A stretch of 64,000 bases of DNA from an uncultured Chloroflexia bacterium (lineage in GTDB: Bacteria; Chloroflexota; Limnocylindria; QHBO01), in assembly GCA_963847375.1 (NCBI GenBank), contig CAWJZO010000001.1, positions 1,083,904-1,147,903 of the forward strand, given 5' to 3'. Numbering within the stretch: the stretch's first letter is position 1; every line of letters starts with the position of its first letter. The position numbers were made by a program, and so were the translations under genes. Of this stretch, positions 1-8,650 are shown piece by piece. The notes beneath the pieces are model-generated. The model saw only the letters and a list, made by a program, of their open reading frames with translations. It had not been told where the DNA came from and did not search any database.

Positions 1-601
1 GATGCAGGCGATCGGTCTCCATGATGTGGGTCATGAAGAAGTCCCAGCGCTCCTGCCGCCAGAAGTGGCGGGTCGCCTCCATGCGGGCCTCGAATACATC
101 GACGAGATGGGGGAGGAAATCGGCCTTGTCCCGCCGGGCCCGCCACGGGTCGGCATCGACCTGGTAGCCGAGACCGCGGAGGACGTCGTAGACCTCGGGC
201 GAGGGAGATGCCTTCTCGAGGTTCGGGCTGAGGAAGCAGCCGATGACAAGTCCGTTCACCGCGCGAGGCGGGTAGGTGACGGGGACGTTCATGGAGAAGA
301 CGCGCTGTCCGGCCTGGCTGAGGCGGTCGAGGATCGTCGGGGCGCGAACGTCGCGAGCCGTGGGGATGTACGTCTTCTTCGTCCCCGGACGGCGATCGAG
401 AAATCCGTAGATGTTGTGCTTGCCGGGGTTCATCCCGGTCATGAACGATGCCCACGCCACCGACGAGACGTTCGGCACGGACGTGTCCATCTGTGCCATC
501 GGCCCGCGCTCGGCGATCGCGCGGAGGTTCGGCAGCTCGCCGGCCTCGAAGAGGCGCTGGACGAACGTGAACGGCACTCCGTCAAGCGCGACGACCAGCA
601 C
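1..601 (-). CDS. Type I phosphodiesterase/nucleotide pyrophosphatase (NPP, alkaline-phosphatase superfamily) family protein, paralog 2; N-terminal part only, gene runs off window start (alternative GTG start at 649)
   Basis: Manual reverse-strand translation gives V-LVVALDGVPFTFVQRLFEAGELPNLRAIAERGPMAQMDTSVPNVSSVAWASFMTGMNPGKHNIYGF..., which matches the NPP family pattern (threonine-region PxxSxxxxTG) and the N-terminus of the 1301-2677 paralog ([11 protein letters not shown]...). It is not in the ORF track because it has no stop inside the window. It lies 16-64 bp downstream of cysC on the same strand. Confidence 0.65.
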   Translation of the reverse strand, partial: MLVVALDGVPFTFVQRLFEAGELPNLRAIAERGPMAQMDTSVPNVSSVAWASFMTGMNPGKHNIYGFLDRRPGTKKTYIPTARDVRAPTILDRLSQAGQRVFSMNVPVTYPPRAVNGLVIGCFLSPNLEKASPSPEVYDVLRGLGYQVDADPWRARRDKADFLPHLVDVFEARMEATRHFWRQERWDFFMTHIMETDRLH

Positions 602-665
602 CCGCGGGCCTGCGCCGCGCGCTGATCTCTGGGGGTCCAGGAAGCTCACCTTCGCTTGCCTGACC

Positions 666-1307
666 CTACAGGTAGCCGAGGTCGCGGAGCCGGTCGGTGA
701 CCTCCGACTCCTCGTCCTCGGTGTACGCGGCGTCGGCGCCCGCCGGGAACGGCTCGGCCGCGGTGAGGTATCCGAGCTCCTCCAGCTTGCTCACGATCCG
801 GTCCACCGACGCGTCAGGCCCATCGGCGCCGTCGGTTCGAATCGTGAGCTCCGGGCGCTCGGGCGGCTCGTATGGATCGTCGACGCCGGTGAGGCCGGTC
901 ATCGTGCCCTCGCGGGCACGGCGGTAGAGGCCCTTCGAGTCACGCGCCTCGAGGGCGTCAAGCGTGGCGTCGAGGTAGACCTCCACGAAGCGCCCGACGC
1001 GTCCACGAACCTCGTCGCGCACGGCCCGATACGGGCTGATCGCCGCGGCGATCGCCACGACGCCGTTCCGGGTGAGTAGCTCACAGACCCAGCCGATGCG
1101 GCGGACGTTCGAGTCACGGTCCTCCTTGCTGAACGAGAGGCCGGCGGACAAGTGCCTCCTCACCTCATCGCCGTCGAGGACCTCGACCCGGTGGCCACGG
1201 CCAGCGAGACGCTCGGCAAGTGCCCGCGCGATCGTCGACTTGCCCGCGCCGGACAGCCCTGTCAGCCAGACCGTGAATCCGACGTCGGTCGCGCTCGAGG
1301 TCACCAT
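666..1307 (-). CDS. cysC: Adenylylsulfate (APS) kinase
   Basis: The internal Met start gives [34 protein letters not shown]..., with the Walker [10 protein letters not shown] and conserved APS-kinase blocks ([62 protein letters not shown]). A 4-nt overlap with the upstream gene suggests translational coupling. Confidence 0.9.
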   Translation of the reverse strand: MVTSSATDVGFTVWLTGLSGAGKSTIARALAERLAGRGHRVEVLDGDEVRRHLSAGLSFSKEDRDSNVRRIGWVCELLTRNGVVAIAAAISPYRAVRDEVRGRVGRFVEVYLDATLDALEARDSKGLYRRAREGTMTGLTGVDDPYEPPERPELTIRTDGADGPDASVDRIVSKLEELGYLTAAEPFPAGADAAYTEDEESEVTDRLRDLGYL

Positions 1308-2677
1308 GCGAGCGCCCGTCCACGGAGTCCATGGGGGACCGTCAGCCCGAGCGCTTCGCACAGCGTCGGCGCGATGTCGTAGATGTCGACCGTGCCGAGG
1401 TCGCGCCCGCCGAGGTCGGCGCGCGGGTCGCGGTACACGAAGATGCCTTCCTGGGCGTGGTTGGCCTCGTCCGGGCCGGTGTCGTTCTCGAACGTCCAGA
1501 TGCTGTCGAATCCGACGCTGCCGACGGACCGCCACTCGAGGTCGCCGAAGTAGATGATCAGGTCCGGCGCGATATTGCGGACCTCCCGATACAGATCCTC
1601 CGGTCGGTGGCCCACCGTCCCGATCGGCGCTCCGTCGGGGTCCGTGATTGTGGCGAGGCGGTCGATCAGCTCCTGCCGAACCCTGTCAACGTCCTGCTGA
1701 GGGATCACCCCCTCGGGCTCACGCCCGGCAACGTTGAGGAAGAGCCGGCCATAGTATCCGCCGGACGCCCATGCGCGGGTTTGCGGCCAGTCGATCTCGC
1801 AGTCTTCGAGCGGAGTGACGGCCGACGGCCGCTCCTTGAGGACGAGATAGCCCTCGTCGATGAGCCACTCGTTGATGCAGATGCCGCCGGCCATGCTCCG
1901 CGCACCGTGGTCGGAGGCGACGACGATGATCGTGTCATCGTCCACCCGCTCCAGCAGACGGGCGACACGCCGATCGACGTGGACGTGGTAGTCGTGAACC
2001 GCGTCGGAGAAGTGGGTGCCGGGCTCGTACTTCGGGTGATCGGTGGCCATGTACTTCCAGAAGGCGTGATGGATGCGATCGACCCCCATGTCGACCATCA
2101 TGAAGAAGTCGTAGCGGGCCCGATCGAGGAGGCGCTCCGCCACCTCGAAGTGGTGATCGGCGAGGCGGTAGATGTCGCGCAGGATACGGTCCTTGTCCTC
2201 TGAGCGGAAGTTCGGCACGTCGACGAGGAACTCTTCGCCAAGCCACTCGGCAATCTCCGCCTTTAGCTCCGGCGGATGGGTGTATTCGCTCTTCGCACTC
2301 GGCGTGAGGAAGCATCCGACCATCTCGCCGTTCACCGGACGGGGAGGGTAGCTCTGGGGGACCGAGAGGACGCCCACCCGGCCGCCGGCGCGGCTGACGA
2401 GGTCCCACATCCGGTCGGCCTTCACCGACGTCCCGTTCGCGATCGTCATCCGGTCGTACGAGTGGTCGGCTCGGTTGCGGAAGCCGTAGAACCCAAGCTC
2501 CCCGGGGTCGCGGCCGCTCATCATCGCGGACCACGCCGGCACGGTGATCGCCGGGATCGTGCTGCTCATCCGGCCATAGGCGCCGGTCTCCATCAGCCCG
2601 CGGATCGTCGGCAGGTCGTCTCTCCACGCGTCGAAGACGAGCTGCGGCGTCGCGCAGTCGAGGCCGACGACGAGCAT
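1301..2677 (-). CDS. Type I phosphodiesterase/nucleotide pyrophosphatase (NPP) family protein, paralog 1
   Basis: Start at internal ATG 2675-2677 ([15 protein letters not shown]...). Motifs [27 protein letters not shown] and ...VASDHGAR... fit PF01663-like alkaline-phosphatase-superfamily phosphodiesterases. Confidence 0.75.
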   Translation of the reverse strand: MLVVGLDCATPQLVFDAWRDDLPTIRGLMETGAYGRMSSTIPAITVPAWSAMMSGRDPGELGFYGFRNRADHSYDRMTIANGTSVKADRMWDLVSRAGGRVGVLSVPQSYPPRPVNGEMVGCFLTPSAKSEYTHPPELKAEIAEWLGEEFLVDVPNFRSEDKDRILRDIYRLADHHFEVAERLLDRARYDFFMMVDMGVDRIHHAFWKYMATDHPKYEPGTHFSDAVHDYHVHVDRRVARLLERVDDDTIIVVASDHGARSMAGGICINEWLIDEGYLVLKERPSAVTPLEDCEIDWPQTRAWASGGYYGRLFLNVAGREPEGVIPQQDVDRVRQELIDRLATITDPDGAPIGTVGHRPEDLYREVRNIAPDLIIYFGDLEWRSVGSVGFDSIWTFENDTGPDEANHAQEGIFVYRDPRADLGGRDLGTVDIYDIAPTLCEALGLTVPHGLRGRALAW

Positions 2678-2914
2678 GCGACGCGCCACATCGCCGTTCA
2701 CCCGGCCACCCTCGGAACGGCGGCGCGCATCGCTGCTGCCCTGGCGGGTCGGGTGGGTGTCTCTCTCGGGGGCGCATTCCCCATGTGCGGCGGCAATCCG
2801 AGCGGCACGTTCTTCTCCTCGCGCATCAGCGGACACCACCGATCAGCACGGTCAACGTTCCTGGGAGGGCGGCCATGATAGCGCACGAGCGGTCCGGCCG
2901 CGAGGGCCGCCGCC

Positions 2915-3769
2915 TCACAGCGACCACTCCTCCAGCCGCAGCCCGGTGAGGGTTCGGAGCCGCTCGACGTCGTCACGAAGCTCGTCGCGGAGCGCCTTGC
3001 GGAGGGTCGGGTCGAGCTCGGGCCGGGCGACCCGTCGAGAGAGCTGGCCACGAGCCCGCTTTCCGGCCTCGACGAGCGGCCGCGGCAGGTGCCGTCCGAT
3101 CCGCGTCGCGCGTGCGGCCTCGAGGATGTGCCCGAGCCGATTCGTCCGCGCGCGGCGGTTGGCGACGTTGGCCTTCGTCGCCACGTCGAATTCGAACGGC
3201 TCGAGCTCGAGGAAGTCGGTGACGGCGCGCAGCGCGTCATCCGGGCCTGCCTCGAGGGACTCGGTGGTCATGACATGGATCCGCTCGATCGGGTAATGCG
3301 GGAGGTACTGGTCGAGCTGGTAGGCGTAGCGACTCTGGTCGACGTAGACGTTGCCGTGCAAGTCGGCGAACGCCTCGCTCAGTGGGCGGTCCTCGCGATG
3401 GCGGAGGTACTCGTGGAGGTACTGCGACACGGTTCGGGCGATCGGGTCGCGGACGATGTAGATGAGCCTCGCGTTGGGAATGAGCCGATGCATCCTCTCC
3501 GGCACCCCGGCGCGGTGCGGAAACTTCGTGTATCCGGGCGATGCCTCCCCTCGCACCGGCGCGTCGGGGTCGAAGTGCGCCTCGTACCACTCGACCGGCC
3601 GATCGGCGTTGCGATCGGTGAAGTAGTGGATCTCCTTCGGCTGCGACATCGCGACGGCGGGATGCTGATCGAGGTAGGCGTGGAGGCTCGTCGTTCCCGA
3701 CTTCATCGCGCCGATGATCACGAGGTTGGGCAGGGCCCCCACCGAGCCCCGGCGTGCGGTCAGCCTCAT
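2915..3769 (-). CDS. PAPS-dependent sulfotransferase
   Basis: 5'-PSB motif NLVIIGAMKSGTTSLHAYL and 3'-PB motif YIVRDPIARTVSQY (RDP). The start ATG at 3767-3769 overlaps the TGA of the upstream gene (ATGA). Confidence 0.85.
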   Translation of the reverse strand: MRLTARRGSVGALPNLVIIGAMKSGTTSLHAYLDQHPAVAMSQPKEIHYFTDRNADRPVEWYEAHFDPDAPVRGEASPGYTKFPHRAGVPERMHRLIPNARLIYIVRDPIARTVSQYLHEYLRHREDRPLSEAFADLHGNVYVDQSRYAYQLDQYLPHYPIERIHVMTTESLEAGPDDALRAVTDFLELEPFEFDVATKANVANRRARTNRLGHILEAARATRIGRHLPRPLVEAGKRARGQLSRRVARPELDPTLRKALRDELRDDVERLRTLTGLRLEEWSL

Positions 3770-5334
3770 CGGGGGCTCGCAATGCCGGAGCGCAGTGGCC
3801 GCTCGAGCGACGCGCGCAACAGGTTCACGTAGTGGCCGTCGTCGACCGCGGTGGCGGAGAGGCGAGACGACTCGCGAACGGCGCGGTGCGCCCACGCCAG
3901 CCGAATCAGCGGGCCGACGACGTCGCTGCCGATGCCGAGGCGGTCGATGTACGCGCCGACGGCCTCGACCAGGATCTCGTCCCGCTCGAGCGCGTCGAGC
4001 AGCCGCGCCGGACGCATCGCGAAGCGCCGGACCCGGGCCCGGTCGATCGCGTGCGAACGCGCGAAGTGGAAGAGGTCCCAGAGCGGCAGGCCGTCAGGGG
4101 TGGCCGCCTCCCAGTCGAGGAACGCGATCCGGCCATCGGGCCGCCGGAGGGCGTTCAGGGTCGTGGCATCGCCGTGCATGAGCACCATCGGGATCCCCTC
4201 GGACGCATGGACGATCGCTCGCGCCGAGTCACGCAGGCGATCGCGCTGCTCCCGGGTCAGCGCGTAGATCCGCTCGACTGCCCCCACCACGTCCTCGACG
4301 ATCGCGGCGAGCGCCGTCGCGCGCTCGCCGCCCCGGCTCGCGCTGTTCGCCGCGAGGTCGGTCAGCCAGCGATAGGCGGCGGCCGCGTCCGCGCGATCGG
4401 GGCGCGAAGCCGCGATCCTTCCATCGAGCGCGCTCTCCCCGACGATGCGCAGGCCCCCATGCTCGCCGCCGAACGCCACGACTGGAGCACTGCCCGGGGG
4501 CACGATGGCGTCGCGCGCGATGCGACGGAGGATCCGCTCCTCGTTCTCGAGGCGAGCGTTGTGGACCGGATCACGGGTCGTCTTCACCACGAACTCCGGC
4601 CGGGCCGCGCCAGGTCCGAAGAGGTAGAAGATCAGCTTCCGCGAGCTGTACCGCCCGCGTGCCGAGAGCCCGAAGCGGTGACGTCGCAGATCGACGCCGT
4701 CGGCCGCCGCGATCTCGACGACATAGGCGGGGAGCCTTCCCTGGCCGGTGGCGTCCGCCCGCCCGGCGAGGAGGCCGGTCCGGCGACGGGAGGCGAGGTC
4801 GGGGGCCAGTTGATCGAGCACGCGGAGGCCGCGTGGCAGGCTCGGCACGCTGATCCGTCGCTGGACGAAGTAGCGTCGGATCGCCGCCTCGTCGGCCGGG
4901 ACCGCCGAGCGGGCCTCGCCGCGCGCGGGCGTGAGCCAGAAGCGGTCGACTCGCCCGAGGCCCGCCGTCCTGAGGGCCGCCTCGATCGGGTCGCGCCCCT
5001 GCACCTCCACGTAGACACGTCCACCAGGGCGCAGGGCCCGTGCGATCGCCGCCAGAGCGTCGTCGCTGATCGGTCGCTCGACGCCGTCGGTGACGTAGAT
5101 GAGGTCAACCGATGTCGGATCCAGGACGGCGAGGTCTGAGGCCGTCACCACCCGGACCCGTCCCGAGATCCGCTCGAGCGTCGCACGCGCTGCAGGCGAT
5201 GGCGCACCGACGCAGACGACCTCGTCGAGCTCGAGCGAGTCGAGCAGATAGGTCCACGCCGCGCCGGCGGCCGAGTCCCGGACGTTGCTGCCGACCGCCG
5301 CCGTGATCCTGGCCGCACCGGGCTCGGAGCTCAT
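3766..5334 (-). CDS. Two-domain protein: N-terminal class-I SAM-methyltransferase-like fold with degenerate motif I, fused to a C-terminal aminoglycoside-phosphotransferase (APH/ChoK/WaaP-like) kinase domain
   Basis: N-terminus: VVCVGAPSP...VRVVTASD...VDLIYVTD...LRPGGRVYVEV resembles MTase motifs I/II/III. C-terminus: Brenner motif LMHGDATTLNAL and DWE (IAFLDWEAATPDGLPLWDLFHF), typical of APH-fold small-molecule or sugar kinases. Confidence 0.7.
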   Translation of the reverse strand: MSSEPGAARITAAVGSNVRDSAAGAAWTYLLDSLELDEVVCVGAPSPAARATLERISGRVRVVTASDLAVLDPTSVDLIYVTDGVERPISDDALAAIARALRPGGRVYVEVQGRDPIEAALRTAGLGRVDRFWLTPARGEARSAVPADEAAIRRYFVQRRISVPSLPRGLRVLDQLAPDLASRRRTGLLAGRADATGQGRLPAYVVEIAAADGVDLRRHRFGLSARGRYSSRKLIFYLFGPGAARPEFVVKTTRDPVHNARLENEERILRRIARDAIVPPGSAPVVAFGGEHGGLRIVGESALDGRIAASRPDRADAAAAYRWLTDLAANSASRGGERATALAAIVEDVVGAVERIYALTREQRDRLRDSARAIVHASEGIPMVLMHGDATTLNALRRPDGRIAFLDWEAATPDGLPLWDLFHFARSHAIDRARVRRFAMRPARLLDALERDEILVEAVGAYIDRLGIGSDVVGPLIRLAWAHRAVRESSRLSATAVDDGHYVNLLRASLERPLRSGIASPR

Positions 5335-6893
5335 GGACGAGCCCCGAACATGCGCCGACCGATGCGCGATCGCAGCAGGGCCGGGAACGTATCACCGACC
5401 CGGAGCACGTCGCGATTGAGGGTGACCACGGCGAGCGTCACGACCGTCACGAAGGCCATGTGGACGGCCAGCGGGAGATCGGCGAGTGCGGCGACGATCG
5501 CGAGGAAGACGACCCCCATGACGATCACGACGTAGACGCGCAGTGTTGCGCGCTCGAAGACGCTGATCCCGGTCGAGAGGCGAAGCCCGGCCTGCTTGAG
5601 CACGTTGTGGACCACCAGGGTCGCGGTCGTGCCGATGGCGGCTCCGAGCGCGCCGAACTGCGGAATCAACAGGAGGTTGAGGACGACGTTGGTGACGGCC
5701 GCCGCGAGGTTCAGGGAGACGATGTACCGCAGTCTGCCGACCACCTTCAGCGTCAGTCCATTGAACCCGAGGGCCACATTGAAGTAGTACCCGAAGGAGA
5801 GCAGCGCAAGGTAGGTGGCCGACTCGCGATATCGCTCCTCGTACAGGAAGACCGTAAGCGGCTCGGCCAGGGAGAACGTCACCGCGAAGATCGGGAAGGA
5901 GAAGACTGCCATCCAGGTCGCGGTGCGCCAGTACAGCCGGTTGATGCCATCGCGGTCGCCCCTCGCGAAGAACCGGGATGCGAGCGGTGTGAACAGCAGG
6001 GCGAAGCTCGTGAAGACGACCTGGTTGAGAAGCGCCGGCTGGTGGACCACCCGGAACGCGGCCACCTCGGTCGTGCCCTGGAAGTACTCCAACAAGATGA
6101 CGTCCGACGCAGCGAGGACGACGAAGACGAGGTCCGAGCTCAGCAGGGGGAGGGCGAACCCGAAGACTTCGCGAGCGGGTACGACGATGCCGCCAGACCG
6201 CAGGTGGTCGATGAGGCCGCGCGAGACGAGCAGCCTCCACAGGATCACGCTGTACACGACCACGAGGATCAGCCCCGCGGCGACGTACCCGGCAGCCAGG
6301 ACCTCGACGCCGCTGCCGGACGCGATGAGCAGTCCCACCGCGGCGAGCTTCAGCAGCGGGCCCAGCAGGTGCTTGCGGACGAACACCGCCCAGGCGTCGC
6401 CGAACACCGCGAACATCCCGATGAGCAGGCCGTCGTAGGCCTGGATGGGTGCGAGCGCGGCCAGGATGACGAGGACGGTGACGGCCTCCGGGTCGTCGAG
6501 GAGCGTTCCCGCCAGCACGCCCTGAAGCCCGATGACAACGGCCACGAATGCGATCCCGAGTCCGATCACGGTGCCGAAGGCAAGGACGATGGTCCCAAAG
6601 AGGCGGTCGTACTGGCCACGCTCCTCGTAGATCGGAACGAACCGGGTGATCGCACGGTCGAGGCCGAGCGTCACGATGCTCTCGCCGACAGCGACGATCG
6701 AGAGGGCGTAGGCAAACGCGCCGAAGCCCTCCTCGGAGAGGTAGCGAACGATGAGCACCTGGATGACGAAGTTGATGAGCAGCGAGATGCCGCGCCCTCC
6801 GGTCAGGAGCGTCGAGCCACGAAGCTGGCGCGAGGTCTCGTCCGAGTCGTCGGGTGCGATCGTGGGGCCGGCGTCCTCCCGCGGGGAGGTCAT
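5331..6893 (-). CDS. Polysaccharide biosynthesis protein / Wzx-like flippase (MOP superfamily)
   Basis: A 520-aa polytopic membrane protein with about 14 predicted hydrophobic helices and a Polysacc_synt-like N-terminal region (LLTGGRGISLLINFVIQVLIVRYLSEEGFGAFAYALSIV). ATGA overlaps on both sides. Confidence 0.85.
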   Translation of the reverse strand: MTSPREDAGPTIAPDDSDETSRQLRGSTLLTGGRGISLLINFVIQVLIVRYLSEEGFGAFAYALSIVAVGESIVTLGLDRAITRFVPIYEERGQYDRLFGTIVLAFGTVIGLGIAFVAVVIGLQGVLAGTLLDDPEAVTVLVILAALAPIQAYDGLLIGMFAVFGDAWAVFVRKHLLGPLLKLAAVGLLIASGSGVEVLAAGYVAAGLILVVVYSVILWRLLVSRGLIDHLRSGGIVVPAREVFGFALPLLSSDLVFVVLAASDVILLEYFQGTTEVAAFRVVHQPALLNQVVFTSFALLFTPLASRFFARGDRDGINRLYWRTATWMAVFSFPIFAVTFSLAEPLTVFLYEERYRESATYLALLSFGYYFNVALGFNGLTLKVVGRLRYIVSLNLAAAVTNVVLNLLLIPQFGALGAAIGTTATLVVHNVLKQAGLRLSTGISVFERATLRVYVVIVMGVVFLAIVAALADLPLAVHMAFVTVVTLAVVTLNRDVLRVGDTFPALLRSRIGRRMFGARP

Positions 6894-8242
6894 CGGCCGC
6901 GAGCCGCTCGCTTCAGCGACCGCTCCACGTAACGCCGCCAGATGAGCCAGGTCACCTCCCGTTGGACCTCATCCAGGCTCCGGTCGGTGTCGACGACGGC
7001 GGCGTTCGGGAGCCGATCACTCAGTGCGAGGTACGCCTGCCGCTGGGACTCGAGCCTTTCCGGATCGTGCTCCTGCTTTCGGGCGTAGAGCACCGGACCT
7101 GGAGCGTCGAGGGTGACGACAAGATCGGGTCGCGGCACTGTGTGGGCGAGCGCCCAGCGGCGCAACCGCGTGGTCATGGGCGCGTTCGTGCTTTCCCGCA
7201 GGAGCGCGTCGTACCCGAAGCGGTCGTAGACCACGAGCCGTCCCCGCCGACGATGGAAGGCGGCACCCGCGTACCTGCGCCACTGCCGAATGAGATACCC
7301 CGAGGTGCGGGCCAGGTGCTCGATGGGGCCGCGGGGAGATCGCCGCCGTGCCTGGCCTCCGCCGTAGAGACCCATGTACACCGGCCGGGTGGGAAAGAAG
7401 AAGGTCTCCTCGAGATGGGCAGCCATCGACGACTTTCCGGTCCCGTCCGGACCGAGGAACGCGACGCTCAATCCCGGCTCGACAGCGAAGCGGCGAACCT
7501 TCGTGAGTCGCCGCGCCGCGCCGCGCGTCAGGCGTCGGGCGAGCGGCCGGCCGACGCGCCAGCGCCGCGCGTCGAGGATGTCCTGGCCCGCGCCGAGAAG
7601 CTCGCGCCACCGACCCTGCGCCGCGGCGGCGATCGCCCGCCCGGGACTCCACTCGACCGGCGCATTCGGCGCGAACCAGGCGGCCAGCGGTCCCTCGCCC
7701 GTTGCCTGCGCCGCGAGCTCGCGGAGGACGGTCGCATGGCGGTCGGGCAGATCGCGGCGATCGAGGATGCAGTGGAGGAGCAGCGCCCAGAAACGATCTT
7801 CGGCGGCCAGTCGCCAGGTGCCGTGATCCGAGACTCGCCGGGCGAGGCACGCGTCCGCGGTGCCGGTTTCGATCGTCGCGTGAGGACCGAACGACAGCTC
7901 CGTGACGACGTCGAACTTCACGAACGAGCCGGTGTCCCGGTCGTAGGCGACGTAGAACCGGTGGCTGCCGCGTCCCCAGGCGGCAAGTTGGAGGTAGCCG
8001 AGACTTCGAAGAAGCTCGCTGGCACGGGGGAGATCTCGCTTCGAGATGAGGAGGTCCACGTCCTCCCCCGTGACGACGGGCGTCGTCTCGCCGCGCAGCA
8101 GGCACCAGCGGACCTGGTCCTGGTCGAGCTCGGCGAAGGTGCGCCGGATCGCCTCGAGGTCGCTCGCTTGCCTCGCCGCGGGGCCGATCTCGGGCGGCGC
8201 GGCGCCTCGGGGTCGCGGGGTCATCGGCCGATGACGATACAT
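6890..8242 (-). CDS. Fusion protein: N-terminal Pol-beta-type nucleotidyltransferase-like domain plus C-terminal P-loop NMP-kinase-like (thymidylate/APS-kinase fold) domain
   Basis: N-terminus: LRGETTPVVTGEDVDLLIS aligns with the NTase hG[GS]...[DE]h[DE]h motif. C-terminus: Walker A LGPDGTGKSS, a DRF/DRY-like VVYDRFGYD, and a lid DLVVTLDAPGPVLYARK as in TMK/APS kinases. The overlapping plus-strand ORF 6854-8263 is rejected. Confidence 0.6.
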   Translation of the reverse strand: MYRHRPMTPRPRGAAPPEIGPAARQASDLEAIRRTFAELDQDQVRWCLLRGETTPVVTGEDVDLLISKRDLPRASELLRSLGYLQLAAWGRGSHRFYVAYDRDTGSFVKFDVVTELSFGPHATIETGTADACLARRVSDHGTWRLAAEDRFWALLLHCILDRRDLPDRHATVLRELAAQATGEGPLAAWFAPNAPVEWSPGRAIAAAAQGRWRELLGAGQDILDARRWRVGRPLARRLTRGAARRLTKVRRFAVEPGLSVAFLGPDGTGKSSMAAHLEETFFFPTRPVYMGLYGGGQARRRSPRGPIEHLARTSGYLIRQWRRYAGAAFHRRRGRLVVYDRFGYDALLRESTNAPMTTRLRRWALAHTVPRPDLVVTLDAPGPVLYARKQEHDPERLESQRQAYLALSDRLPNAAVVDTDRSLDEVQREVTWLIWRRYVERSLKRAARGR

Positions 8243-8357
8243 GACGAACTGCGCGGACGCTGACCTGGGTCGTCGGGCACCTTGCGCATCGGTCAGTCAG
8301 CGGCCGTACCGACACACGAGCGCTGCGACACGCCACGTGGACGGATCCCGGCCCAGG

Positions 8358-8633
8358 TCACTCGCCGCGATGACGAATGATGAGGAACGCCGCGAATCCG
8401 GCGACCGCGACGAAGAGGAGGGTGGCGATGGTGACCTCGATGTCGTCGGGCACCAGATCGGCCCGGATGGCGACGGCCACCGCTGCGGCCACGCCACCAA
8501 TCAGTGCGCCAATTGCCAGCTTGACCACCGCACCATGCCACCCACCGTGGCTGAGCCGAAGCCCGACGAGGGTCAGGCCAACGAGCGACGCGCCAAGTAT
8601 CATGCCGATGACCGCGTTCTGCACCGGGCACAT
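8358..8633 (-). CDS. Small integral membrane protein (3 TM), unknown function
   Basis: Hydrophobic helices (IGMILGASLVGLTLVGL, AIGALIGGVAAAVAVAI, IATLLFVAVAGFAAFLII). The start is uncertain; alternatives are at 8603 and 8687. Confidence 0.45.
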   Translation of the reverse strand: MCPVQNAVIGMILGASLVGLTLVGLRLSHGGWHGAVVKLAIGALIGGVAAAVAVAIRADLVPDDIEVTIATLLFVAVAGFAAFLIIRHRGE

Positions 8634-8650
8634 CCTACCGGCCGATCGAC

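Noticed and set aside
2-625. 207-aa plus-strand ORF at the window start
   Set aside because: The reverse strand encodes a recognisable NPP-family N-terminus co-linear with the cysC operon. The plus-strand ORF is its antisense shadow.
6854-8263. 469-aa plus-strand ORF overlapping the NTase/kinase gene
   Set aside because: It has no motifs. The opposite strand carries Walker A, a DRY-like box and lid motifs, and is translationally coupled to the flippase.
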